64,000 bases of DNA from Chrysemys picta bellii. Taxonomy: Eukaryota. How positions within the stretch are numbered: position 1 is the stretch's first letter; each line of letters opens with the position of its first letter. Shown here one piece after another: positions 1 through 10,297 of this stretch. The notes below the pieces were generated by a model. The model did not search any database and had not been told where the DNA came from. It was given only the letters and a program-made list of their open reading frames with translations. A program made the position numbers and the translations under genes. The DNA lies in contig NC_088791.1 of the NCBI RefSeq assembly GCF_011386835.1, positions 353,462,001 to 353,526,000 of the forward strand, written 5' to 3'.

Positions 1-59
1 GGGCATCGAGCCTTGCACTAGAAACCCTCTGCTGAAAAGTGAATAATAAGTCAGTGGAT

Positions 60-420
60 TTCTGCAGGACCAGACGACTTGCACCCAAGAGTACTAAAGG
101 AGTTGGCCAAGAAGCTCTCTGAGCTATTTTTAACAAATCTTGGAGCACTGTGGAAGTTTCAGAGGACTGGAAAAAAGCCAGTGCTGTGCCAATGTTTTAG
201 AAAGATAAACAAGATACACAGATAACTTTAGGCCAGACCCCAATCCAGGAAAAAAAACACGGTAAAGGTGATAGGGGATGCAATCAGTAAAGCTTTGAAG
301 GATGGCATAATCAACGCCGAGCAGCACGGCTTCATGGGAAATAGGGCTTGCCAAACAAAGTGGCCGTAGTTTTGTGATGAGATCACAAGTTTGGCTGGTA
401 AGAAAAACTGTATTGACATC
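60..420 (+). mobile_element. CR1 LINE ORF2 (RT N-terminal part) fragment, decayed
   Basis: Translates with frameshifts to AGPDDLHPRVLKELAKKLSE, EDWKKASAVPMF and QHGFMGNRACQT, matching the CR1 ORF2 motifs GPDGIHPRVLKELA / EDWK.ANIVPIF / QHGF...KSCQTNL. Confidence 0.8.
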
Positions 421-429
421 CCAGACTGA

Positions 430-674
430 GGCGAGCTTTGAGTGGCACAGCTGTACTGATGCAGTGACACCCCAGATCGGGGGCAGCCAGCATGGCCAGG
501 AAGATGCCCATGGGCCCCTGGACGCGGTGCTGGCTTTGGATGATGACCAGAAGGATGCCGCTTCCCAGCAGAGCAGAACGGAAGGGCGATCCAGGAGAGC
601 ACGGCCTCCAGGCCAGGGATCCCGAGGAGAGTGAATGTCGAGGGGCTGGAGGAGGTGTCACAGGGGGCAGGCAC
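430..674 (-). pseudogene. Class I olfactory receptor pseudogene, 5' fragment (N-terminus to TM2)
   Basis: Reads SSPSTFTLLGIPGLEAVLSWIALPFCS, then after a frameshifting deletion ALLGSGILLVIIQSQHRVQGPMGIFLAMLAAPDLG (OR TM1/TM2 motifs). The probable start codon is mutated to GTG at 674. The sequence stops after TM2 and abuts the CR1 fragment. Confidence 0.85.
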
Positions 675-1561
675 TCTGCAGGTCCCCCGGTCACGCTGCA
701 GAAAGGCTTTCTTGCTCCCTGCAAAATGCAATCACAGTATTTGGTCTCTAGGAGTCACACACTAAATGCTTCGTGGTGACTCTAGGGCCCAGAGTCTAGA
801 CCTGCGACTCCCTGCCTAGCTAGCAGGTTAGCTCCAGTGGTAGCCGCTGGTGCTTTTGGTGCCAAAGGACCTGGGTTCTGCATGGTGGCTCTGTGTCTGT
901 GGCATTGGCTGGCTACACAGGGCTTGATAAAAGCTGAGTAAGGCCTGTAAGTTGTGGCTCTGTGGCTTTAACACCAGCAGGAGAGCCCTGCAGGTGGAAG
1001 TCCTCCAGCCAGTGAGAGCGAAGGCACAATTCCCCAATACGCTGCTCCCTGCCTCACCCTGCTATGGACGACCCCGTCTGGACCTGGGCTCTTCAGTCCT
1101 TGGCCTCTGTGACATTGTGGCAAAGGGTTCACTCTTCTTTATGGGCAACTCCTGTCTCAGACCTGACAAACTCGCTACACCTAATATTCCCCTTTGCTTG
1201 TATTTCTCCATAAAGGGCAGCATGTGAGGTCTCTGCTGAAAGCTGGTAACTTACTGAGACTCACCATCCCTATGAGATGTGCGCAGGGCCAATAGTTCAG
1301 GGCTAGTGTAACTACGTTGAGAATTATGGCCTGATGGCCTTGGAGTGAAAGCGAGCCACGTTGCGAGAGCCTGATGGAAACCTCCACAAACAAACTATAA
1401 TCATCGAAGCCATGTTGCGGGAGATCAGGCATGTTACCGCAGACAGAGGCTGGCCCCGTCTGTGAACAAAGACAAAAGTCTGATTCAGTCTGTCAGGGGG
1501 TGGAGGGAGACACCGAGGAGGAAGGTGGCGGAGCCGGAGTGCTGGGTGAAAGCCTGAACCT

Positions 1562-1590
1562 GCCACCGCCACCGCCACCACCACCACCAC
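1562..1590 (+). repeat. (CCACCG)/(CCA)n microsatellite
   Basis: gccaccgccaccgccaccaccaccaccac. Confidence 0.9.
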
Positions 1591-2338
1591 GCGGGGACCT
1601 GGGCCTCGAACCCACCATCTAACCCCTCTCAGAAATGCGGGCAGCCTCCTCTCCTGGACAACAATCCGGTACTTCGCCTTGCTGAGCTCAGCCAGGTCCG
1701 GGAGAAGGGATGTGACTGTGCCCAGCGTAGGAAACAACACCCCCAGCCCGATTCCTGGCTCTGCTCTGGGGAGCAGCCAGCCCCTCTGCTGCACCCAGCC
1801 CCCCACTCCCCCCAGCCAGGATGTGGTGCAAGCTCTTCCGTGCCTGTGCAAGTCCTACCAGGGACCACCCCCTCGCTGGAGTGGTGTACAGACACAGAGA
1901 CACCTAGTGGCTGAATCATATACTGCAAGTGACCGTAATTACAGTGGCTAGTGCTGAACAAATGCTATATAGGTAGTTTCCATCTCTTGTTTATTTGTTA
2001 ACCATAAAAGTCCATATAGAAAATGTAACCAGCGGCCCAGGAAGGCCTTGTGGACGCGGAGCACCTGTGAAAATCAGGACGCTTTGGGTTCCTAAACGTG
2101 CATGGATGTGCACCTAGCCCAGGATCCTGGCTCTGACAGTGGCTGGTTAGGTTAAAAACATGAATTCATATTCTTACTTTGTTACCTACTTTGCAGATAG
2201 AGAGAGCCCATCAAGACTCCTGGTTTCGATCTGAGCTCTGGGGCAGGGAGTGGGGTCTAGAACATTAAAGCGAGGGGCAGAGACATTTGGGATCTATATC
2301 AGAACATCTGAATGGGCATACTGGGTAGCTGCAGTTAC

Positions 2339-3450
2339 ATAGATTCATAGATTCTAGGACTGGAAGTAGGGTGACCAGACAGCAAATGTGAAAAATCGGG
2401 ACAGCGGGTGGGGGGTAATAGGAGCCTATATAAGAAAAAGACCCAAAAATCGGGACTGTCCCTATAAAATCGGAACATCTGGTCACCCTAACTGGAAGGG
2501 ACCTCGAGAGGTCATCGAATCCAGTCCCCTGCCCTCATGGCACGACCCAATACTGTCTAGACCATCCCTGATAGACATTTATCTAACCTACTCATAAATA
2601 TGTCCAGAGATGGAGATTCCACAACCTCCCTAGGCAATTTATTCCAGTGTTTAACCACCCTGACAGTTAGGAACTTTTTCCTAATGTCCAAGCTAGACCT
2701 CTCTTGCTACAGTTTAAGCCCATTGCTTCTTGTTCTATCCTGAGAGGCTAAGGTGAACAAGTTTTCTCCCTCCTCCTTATGACACCCTTTTAGATAACTG
2801 AAAACTGCTATCATGTCTCCTCTCAGTCTTCTCTTTTCCAAACTAAACAAACCCAATTCTTTCAGCCTTCCTTCATAGGTCATGTTCTCAAGACCTTTAA
2901 TCATTCTTGTTGCTCTTCTCTGGACCCTTTCCATTTTCTCCACATCTTTCTTGAAATGCGGTGCCCAGAACTGGACACAATACTCCAGCTGAGGCCTAAC
3001 CAGAGCAGAGTAGAGCGGAAGAATGACTTCTCGTGTTTTGCTCACAACACACCTGTTAATACATCCCATAATCACGTTTGCTTTTTTGCAACAGCATCAC
3101 ACTGTGACTCATATTTAGCTTGTGGTCCACTATAACCCCTAGATCCCTTTCTGCCGTACTCCTTCCTAGACAGTCTCTTCCCATTCTGTATGTGTGAAAC
3201 TGATTGTTCCTTCCTAAGTGGAGCACTTTGCATTTGTCTGTGTTAAACTTCATCCTGTTTACCTCAGACCATTTCTTCAATTTGTCCAGATCATTTTGAA
3301 TTATGACCCTGTCCTCCAAAGCAGTTGCAATCCCTCCCAGTTTGGTATCATCTGCAAACTTAATAAGCGTACTTTCTATGCCAATATTTAAGTCGTTGAT
3401 GAAGATATTGAACAGAGCCAGTCCCAAAACAGACCCCTGCAGAACCCAAA
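2339..3450 (-). mobile_element. 5'-truncated CR1 LINE (3' ~1 kb), young
   Basis: ORFs 3056-3427 (LFNIFINDL...KFADDTKLGG) and 2707-3075 ([18 protein letters not shown]...[10 protein letters not shown]) are the CR1 RT C-terminus split by one frameshift. The 3' end carries AATCTATG-type repeats at about 2339-2355. Confidence 0.95.
2367..2490. mobile_element. hAT-type MITE (124 bp) inserted in the CR1 3' UTR
   Basis: 13-bp perfect TIR TAGGGTGACCAGA / TCTGGTCACCCTA; perfect 8-bp TSD ACTGGAAG at 2359-2366 and 2491-2498. The related CR1 at 25.6 kb has the empty site. Confidence 0.95.
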
Positions 3451-3662
3451 AAAGCTTTCAGAAGCCACTCATGAACCAACAATAGAGAGGCTCCAGCTAC
3501 TTCCCCCAGCTCCCCAGAACTGTACCTTCTTACCCTGGTAAGAGCCTAACCAGTGTTAGTTTATTATCCAGTCCACCCTTCTCTCCGTGTGGGGAGAACA
3601 TTGCATCAGCCCCAGTTCCCGAGCAGATTTCCTTTTTGCATTTCAAACAACACACTGTATTA

Positions 3663-3769
3663 ACAAAAACAACGAGGAGTCCGGTGGCACCTTAAAGACA
3701 AACAGATTTATTTGGGCATAAGCTTTCGTGGGTAAAAAACCCACTTCTTCAGATGCGTGGAGTGAAAAT
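3663..3769 (-). mobile_element. Penelope-like element 3' terminal (pLTR) fragment
   Basis: Homologous to the 3' ends of the GIY-YIG-encoding elements at 8530-8640 and 52867-52975. Confidence 0.85.
3716..3756 (-). ncRNA. Minimal type I hammerhead ribozyme motif (core intact)
   Basis: RNA: GCAU CUGAAGA A GUGGGU uuuuu ACCCAC GAAA GCUU AUGC. Helix I 4 bp, CUGANGA, helix II 6 bp, GAAA, palindromic helix III (AGCU), predicted cleavage triplet CUU. Confidence 0.75.
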
Positions 3770-5850
3770 GACCGATGCAGCCTGGACACTTGTCTCACAG
3801 CTGGCGCTCCATCCCCCTCCCTTCCTGAGGTGCTGTTGCATCCAGCTGCAGAATTAATGGAACCCTCATCCACCTCCACAGAGTTTCTAAGATCTCATCA
3901 CCTTCTTTGGGCTCCCTTCTGGGACACACCTCCCTATGCTCCCTAGAGCGGGATCTATCCCTGATTCATGTGTGTCAGGCTTGCAGCTCACAGCTGAAAC
4001 AGCCTTCTCACTGCCAGGCAATATACTCCCCTCCATTTCAGAGGGAACACCGCCTTCAGCTGCAGGGCAGGAGCCAGTCTCAACCCCCCCTGCCCCTAGA
4101 AACATGCAGTTTCTCACTGCTGCGGAGGACTAAAGAAGATTTTCTCCCATTCCCTCGGCAGTTTCTGGGACTTCACCATTAACAGCCTGAGCTACCTGGA
4201 AGAAATAATTGCCGATTAGCATATCAATAGGATTATTGTCTACTACCCCCACTAATAATACACCTTCCAAACCCTCGGTTTCTATGTACACTTTAGCCAA
4301 AGGTACAAGATTTTGCAACCTCCTACTAATAAAAGCTGTGAAATCTGTCCTGGCAGTATGTCACCTTCTTGCCCTATACTCTACCTAACCACACAAATTT
4401 CTACCCCTCTGTCTTCCCACCCAAGGTGTTTCCTGCCAATAATGCTGATTTTACAACCCACTATGATAAATGACAGGCGCCTAAGGGGCTTCTGTGCTCA
4501 GGGTCGCAGCATTCACATGGACTACCTGCTTCCTCCCAGCACTAGGCATTGATTCCCCAGGTCATCAGTGGAATTGCAATGACAGCACCTTCTGGGTTCT
4601 TCTCTTTTTACAGGAGATTTGGGTCGAGGATTAGATGAATGGTTTGGGGGAGGTGAGTACCCAGCCTCCCAGACAGCCTCTTTCTTCCCAGGGGTAAAAC
4701 GGGAACCCTGCTTCCCACCAAATTGAAACTCCTCCATCTGTGGTTTGTTCACAATAGATGCTTGTGTTTGTTGACAATCATTAGCTAGAGCAGTCATCTC
4801 AGCTACACTTTTCCCCTTGTTGTCCCATCAGCATTGTTTCACGTCATCTTTACATATGTGTAAGAGACGCTCCTGAGTCACAAGGTCAAACATTCCTTCA
4901 AAACTTGTAACCCATTTTCCCCTCACCCACGTTTCCATCAAATCTTTCATCTAGTTTACATATGTCACATTACTCATCCCAGCACTCCTAAGGTACCAAA
5001 ATGTCACTCGATCTGTTTCAGGGGTTATCAGAAACTGTTTCCAAACCATTTCTTTGAATTTGCAATAATCGAAAGCATCAGTAATTAGCATCTTATTGAA
5101 TACATTCAGAGCATCACCAGTTATCTTTGCAACCAAAGTGGGCATCGTTTGATCATCAGGAATCTTATGAATCATACAAGCCTCTTCAAGGGGTGAAATA
5201 GTCAGCAATATCCCCTGCCTCATTGTATGCAGGACACAACCACTCCCATTTCCGGATTTGTAGAGAGGTGGGAATCAGTGGCCTATGGGGGTTCTGGTTC
5301 TGCCTCTCTAGAAAGTCCAATTGGTATCTTAACTCTAGTTCTTTTCCCTCAAGTTCTTTGGCTCTCAGTTCCATGGCTAGTTTTGTTACCCAGGGTTCTT
5401 TCAACCCAAAGTTCTTGGTAACTTTTACTGTGTGCGAGGTGGTGTCAGGAAATAAATCAGGGGAGACACGGCCGTCCGACCGATAGATGGCTGGCACAAA
5501 CAGGACAACACAAGGGTGCTTTCACTTAAAGCTAACCTTTACTTAGACTCAAGCACTTACACACGTCCACAACAGATTAGTAAAACACCCACAACCCTCG
5601 ATATTTACCGACGCTGAGTGTGGCTCTCGAGTGACACAGCGGCAGGCTCCGGTGGGGACCACAAGATGTATTCAGAGGGAATGTCCAGAAGAATCCAACA
5701 ACCTCAAACTTTCCCCCCTGATTTATACATTACAACATTACAACAACATGTCCCTTAAAGAAAACTTGTTAAGCAAGACGTTTCAATGGTCAAGCAAAAG
5801 ATTCCTTCTGATTATTGATTAACCAGGTGTGGGTTTTTCCAGAATTTGAG

Positions 5851-6007
5851 CAGGGCTGCTCAGAGGATTCAGGGGGCCTGGGGCAAAGCAATTTCGGGTG
5901 CCCCTTCCATAAAAAAGTTGCAATACTATAGAATACTATATTCTTGTGGGGGCCCCTGCAGGGCCTGGGGCAAATTGTCCCACTTGCCCCCCCTCTGGGC
6001 GGCCCTG
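5851..6007. mobile_element. hAT-like MITE
   Basis: 16-bp TIR CAGGGCTGCTCAGAGG / CCTCTGGGCGGCCCTG (2 mismatches, both CpG-type). The TSD is degenerate. Confidence 0.7.
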
Positions 6008-6604
6008 GTTTGCAGCCTTTAGTTCCTAATAGACATTCTTGGGGGCACATCCTGCTCTTCTAAAATGCATGTATCAGCAACTCCAACACAATTCTTATCA
6101 GGAAGGACACAGGGTCAAGCTGCCCTTTCTTTGTGGCACCCAAAACCCCCTCCCCTCCTGCCTTGGTCAAGCTGAGACTGCTGCTTGGCCACTTTACAGC
6201 CTGTTGACTTGGCTGATTTTAGCAATAAGCAATAGTGGGTTCAGGCACTTTACTGGTTTGCCGAAATCTCCCCGTACAGTTTCTGGGCCTCAATTGCTTA
6301 CTGTTCCCGTTCCAAAGCTCTTTGATGTGCTACTGCTTCTAACTCCGAAAGTATCTGGTGTTCCTTTTCTTTTTCCGCTACCTGCAGTCTAAAGCGCTCC
6401 AGTTTTGTAATGGCTTCTCTGCCTTCACTCATCTTTCTGCTTTTCTGTCACTACTTCCCTTTCCCGAAATAAGCAAACAGAAAATCACTAACCGGTAACC
6501 TCTCTGACTGATCTCAAGCCACCACACTTAACGTCTCACTTCAAATCTCTACACCAGTGTATGAAGTGCAGATCTCACCCAGCACAACAAGCTGTGCATT
6601 TCAT

Positions 6605-6620
6605 CCTGCTCGCTGTGCCA
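6605..6620 (-). other. Primer-binding site complementary to the tRNA-Ser(UGA) 3' end
   Basis: Minus strand TGGCACAGCGAGCAGG, adjacent to the LTR end, versus tRNA-Ser 3' end CCUGCUCGCUGCGCCA (from recall; 1 mismatch). Paralogous sites lie at 20052-20066, ~30665-30679 and ~43831-43845. Confidence 0.7.
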
Positions 6621-7979
6621 CTGTGGTGCGTCCTCCCCGGGATGCCACCTGGAACTGGGGTACAGCTGAGCCCCCTGTCTCACCAATCTGGGTTCCCTCT
6701 TGCACTGTAACATTGTGACAAGCTGCAAAGCCCTCCAAGCTTGCACTCCCACCAATATCCACAGGCAGGGACCACACCCAGCTGTGTTCAGGAATGCTCT
6801 GGCCAGCCACTCATGAACCAACAACAGAGAGGCTGCAGCCAAAATACTCCCAGCTCCCCAGCCTAGGAGCCCAGAGCTGTACCGTCCTGCCCTGGTCAAA
6901 AGCCTGACCAGTCTGAATTTATGACTGAGTACGTCCCTCCCTTGATGCGAATAGGACAATGCACAAACCTTTATTAACTGAGCTGAGGTTTTCCCCACAC
7001 TTCAAGCAAATCACACAGTTTTAGGTACAAAATATAAAATTATTAACTACAGAAAGATAGATTTAAATGACTCTAAGTAATAGCAAACTGATCGAAGATG
7101 GTTACCTAAGAAATAAACAAAATCACAGTCTAAGTCTTATACACGAAATAGGATTTGAATCAAGCAGGGTCTCATCCTGTTAGATACTACAAACAGTCCA
7201 TCAAGCTTCCATGCACAGGCTAGAAACACCTTCAGGCTGGGAACAGCACTTCCTGCAGTTCAGTCTTTGTTCCTCGTGTGTTTCCAGGTCTTTTTGTGTG
7301 GGGAGTGAGGCCATTTGGTGATGTTGCTGCCCCCATTTATGGTTTCTTCCATAGGGCAGGAACCTTTTTGTTCCAAGACAAGTTCCCAGCCTCGTTTGTG
7401 GAAAAATACAGGTACCAAAATGGAGCTCAGTGTCATGTGGTTTAGTCACATGCCCTTGCATGTGATTCATAGCAGCCATTATCGATAGGCTGACTGAAGC
7501 GTTCCCAGGAAGGTTCACCAGGTGGGGGATGAGCTTCTCCTCAGGCCTATTGTTTCCCCTAATGGTCCATTACCCTGAATAGGCCCTTCACAACCAGCTG
7601 TCTAGACTGGAAGCCTCTTGCCTTCTAGCTGTCACTCAAGTGCAACCACATTTGAAATACAGATACATAGTCCATATTCATAACTCCTGATACAAAAATG
7701 AGACATGTGTACAAAGAGGATAATCATATACAGCAAATCATAACTTTTCCAATGAAACCTCACATGACATATTTTCTACAAGATACATCGTAATTATGTC
7801 ATAATCACATCATAATCATACCACTATAATGAACATGTGGTGCAGAGTGGCATACCCATATCTAGGTAAACACAATACAACACCTGCAAGCCATTCCCTG
7901 CCTCAGTGTCCTCACCACCCTGGAGCATAATTTGGGATTTGATCAAAGCCCTTGATGGTGTGACTGATGTGGTTGGGTC

Positions 7980-8665
7980 CTATTCTGTCCCCATATCTAC
8001 TCTAGCGACACCATCAGAGGACCCAGCCACACCATCAAGGGCTCGTTCACCTGCACATCTACCAATGTGATATATGCCATCATGTGCCAGCAATGCCCCT
8101 CTGCCATGTACATTGGCCAAACCGGACAGTCCCTCCGCAAAAGAAGAAATGGACACAAATCGGACATCAGGAATGGTAACATACAAAAGCCAGTAGGTGA
8201 ACACTTCAATCTCCCTGGACATTCTTTAACAGATTTAAAAGTCACTATCATTGAACAAAAAAACTTCAGAAACAGACTTCAAAGAGAAACAGCAAAACTA
8301 AAATTCATTTGCAAATTGAACACCATTAATCTGGGCTTGAATAGGGACTGGGAGTGGCTGGCTCATTACAGAAGCAGCTTTGCCTCTCCTGGAATTGACA
8401 CCTCCTCATCTATTATTGGGAGTGGACTACATCCACCCTGATTGAATTGGCCCTGTCAACACTGGTTCTCCACTTGCAAAGTAACTCCCTGCTCTCCATG
8501 TGTCAGTATATAATGCCTGCATCTGGAACTTTCACTCTATGCATCTGAAGAAGTGGGATTTTTTACCCACGGAAGGTTATGCCCAAATAAATCTGCTTGT
8601 CTTTAAGCTGCCACTGGACTCTGTTGTTTTTGTGGATACAGACTAACACAGCTACCCCGATACTT
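7980..8665 (+). mobile_element. 5'-truncated Penelope-like retroelement (GIY-YIG endonuclease ORF 8067-8441 plus 3' pLTR)
   Basis: IYAIMCQQCPSAMYIGQTGQSLRKRRNGH...FNLPGH...RETAKLKFI is the PLE GIY-YIG domain, followed by the pLTR. Confidence 0.92.
8541..8582 (+). ncRNA. Hammerhead ribozyme motif, mutated core
   Basis: GCAU CUGAAGA A GUGGG...CCCAC GGAA GGUU AUGC. GAAA is changed to GGAA and the helix III palindrome is broken; probably inactive. Confidence 0.6.
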
Positions 8666-9085
8666 AAATAGCCACTGGAATCATGGTTAAAATTGACACA
8701 CAACCCCTCCCGAAATCTGAAAGGGCTCCCTTGTGGCTGGGGAGGCAGAGCCAGGTGGAGATGATCCAGCAAGTGACAGAGGGAGGGGACGAGAAGAGCG
8801 AGCGACGGGGAGGAGCCTTGGGGAGAAGAAGCAGTAAAGCCTTAGCAGAAGAGGTGAGGCAAGGGGCAGGGCCTCAGGGGTCCAGATATCAGCAATTACA
8901 AAGATAACAACCCTATGAGTTCATGAATTGTACACAGACCAATTCCCCAGTACACTCAGGTCAGGAAAGGGTTTAATGTCGCTTTGACTATCCAGTCAGG
9001 GATTCAGGGAAGAGGGTCCGGCACCATGTCACCAGCCAGTTCTGTATGGAGCTCAGTCTGAGAGCCAGAGCACCAGGGGAAAACT

Positions 9086-10033
9086 TTAGGTCTCTTTATG
9101 AGTAAAGAGCCGGAGCAGCCTGTCCCGGATCTGTTTGGTCCTCACCCCGTAGATGATGGGGTTTAGCATGGGGGGCAGCAGGAGGTACACGTTGGCTGTG
9201 AGAATGTGAAAATTCTGGGGTATACTGTGGCCAAACCATTGCGTGAGGAAGGAGAAGAGAGCTGGGGTGTAAAAGGCTAAGATGGCACAGAGGTGGGAGC
9301 CGCAGGTCCCAAAAGTCTTTAACCGGGCGTCGTTTGTGGGGAGATTGAAGATGGCCCTGAGGATCTGGGTATAGGACATGGTGATACAAAATACATCCAG
9401 ACCAATCCCAGAGAATACCAAAAAGAGGCCATAGTAAATACTGACGCTGATGTCAGCGCAGGCCAGCTTCACCACGGCCATGTGGCCACAGTATGTGTGG
9501 GGGACGATGTTGGTTCTGCAATATGTCCACTGCCTCGCCAGGAAGAGAAAGGGCAGTGCAAGCATGCCGCCGCGCAGCACCACAACCAGCCCAATCCTGG
9601 CCACCACGGGATTTGTCAGGATAGTTGAATGTCTCAGGGGGTCACAGATAGCCACGTAGCGATCCAAAGCCATGGCCACGAAAAACCCAGACTCCATCAC
9701 TGTGAAGCAGTGAATGAAGTAAGTCTGGGTGAGACAGGCACTGAAATCGATTTCCCTGGAATTGAACCAGAAGATGCTCAGCATTTTGGGCAGGATGGAT
9801 GTGGACAGGACCAGGTCGGTAACGGCCAGCATGCAGAGGAAATAGTACATGGGCCCATGGAGGCTCAGCTCCCTCTTCACGATGAACAGGATGGTGAAGT
9901 TCCCCAAGAGGGCTATGGTGTACATGGTGCAGAAGGGGATGGAGATCCAGACATGGGCTGCCTCCAGGCCAGGAATGCCCTGCAGGATGAAGGTGGAGGG
10001 GTTGGTGAAGTCGGTTGTGTTGGAATCTGACAT
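9086..10033 (-). CDS. Class I olfactory receptor, OR52-like (gene 1), 315 aa
   Basis: Intact single-exon 7TM ORF from MSDSNTT. Motifs LGN, PMYYFLCMLAVTDL, MALDRYVAICDPLRH, KTFGTCGSHL, NPIIYGVRTKQIR. The upstream in-frame ATGs (10084, 10192) are probably not used. Confidence 0.95.
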   Translation of the reverse strand: MSDSNTTDFTNPSTFILQGIPGLEAAHVWISIPFCTMYTIALLGNFTILFIVKRELSLHGPMYYFLCMLAVTDLVLSTSILPKMLSIFWFNSREIDFSACLTQTYFIHCFTVMESGFFVAMALDRYVAICDPLRHSTILTNPVVARIGLVVVLRGGMLALPFLFLARQWTYCRTNIVPHTYCGHMAVVKLACADISVSIYYGLFLVFSGIGLDVFCITMSYTQILRAIFNLPTNDARLKTFGTCGSHLCAILAFYTPALFSFLTQWFGHSIPQNFHILTANVYLLLPPMLNPIIYGVRTKQIRDRLLRLFTHKET

Positions 10034-10058
10034 GGAGTAAGGGAGACGGTGTCCAACT

Positions 10059-10075
10059 CTGAGGCAGAACGGTGT
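10059..10075 (-). promoter_or_regulatory. Probable 3' splice acceptor 25 nt upstream of the OR ATG
   Basis: CCGTTCTGCCTCAG|AGTTGGACAC is conserved in all four genes (one substitution in gene 2). Vertebrate ORs commonly have a non-coding upstream exon. Confidence 0.5.
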
Positions 10076-10297
10076 CTCCTGCATGTACCGTACGTTCCCC
10101 TGACTTCTTGTATGTGCCCAGGGTCTAGGGTGATGGTCGCAGTACAAATGCCTGGATGGAGAGACAATGTGAATTTGCGACACTACATGCACTACTGGAG
10201 GCTGTTCTCATGGGGGAAGCAGATTGGTCGCTTTTCAGACACTGAGAAATGATATTTTCATTATTCAGAGGAATGAATTATGAACAACAGACCCTAC

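Larger units (their letters stand above)
3455..7853 (-). mobile_element. Decayed Gypsy-type LTR retrotransposon (partial 3' LTR left, gag-pro remnants, 5' LTR ~6622-7853) with nested insertions ~5360-6365
   Basis: Protease C-terminal remnant VPLAKVYIE...VGVVDNNPIDMLIGN (4130-4318); zinc-knuckle remnant RRCCHCNSTDDLGNQC (4522-4797); Gag remnants IPDDQTMPTLVAKITGDALNVF...FLITPET and WEWLCPAYNEAGDIADYF; PBS at 6605-6620; LTR sequence shared with 17.3-18.5 kb. Confidence 0.8.

Noticed and set aside
828-885. tRNA-like A-box sequence
   Set aside because: The B box is degenerate and there is no cloverleaf; at most an old SINE head.
1324-1851. 175-aa minus ORF and poly-Pro plus ORF in a GC-rich stretch
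   Set aside because: No recognisable domain. The low complexity is explained by the CCA/CCG microsatellite, and weak OR-like words were not colinear enough to call.
9629-10030. Plus-strand ORFs overlapping the OR genes (also 22780-23364, 38027-38347, 51331-51522)
   Set aside because: Antisense shadow frames of OR coding sequence, with inconsistent starts and stops among paralogs.
10034-10192. 53-aa in-frame N-terminal extension in genes 1 and 2 (17 aa, MQETPF..., in all four)
   Set aside because: The long form is broken by a 1-bp insertion in genes 3 and 4. A conserved acceptor-like site lies 25 nt before the MS(D/N)SNxT start, which gives the canonical OR length and N-glycosylation sequon position.
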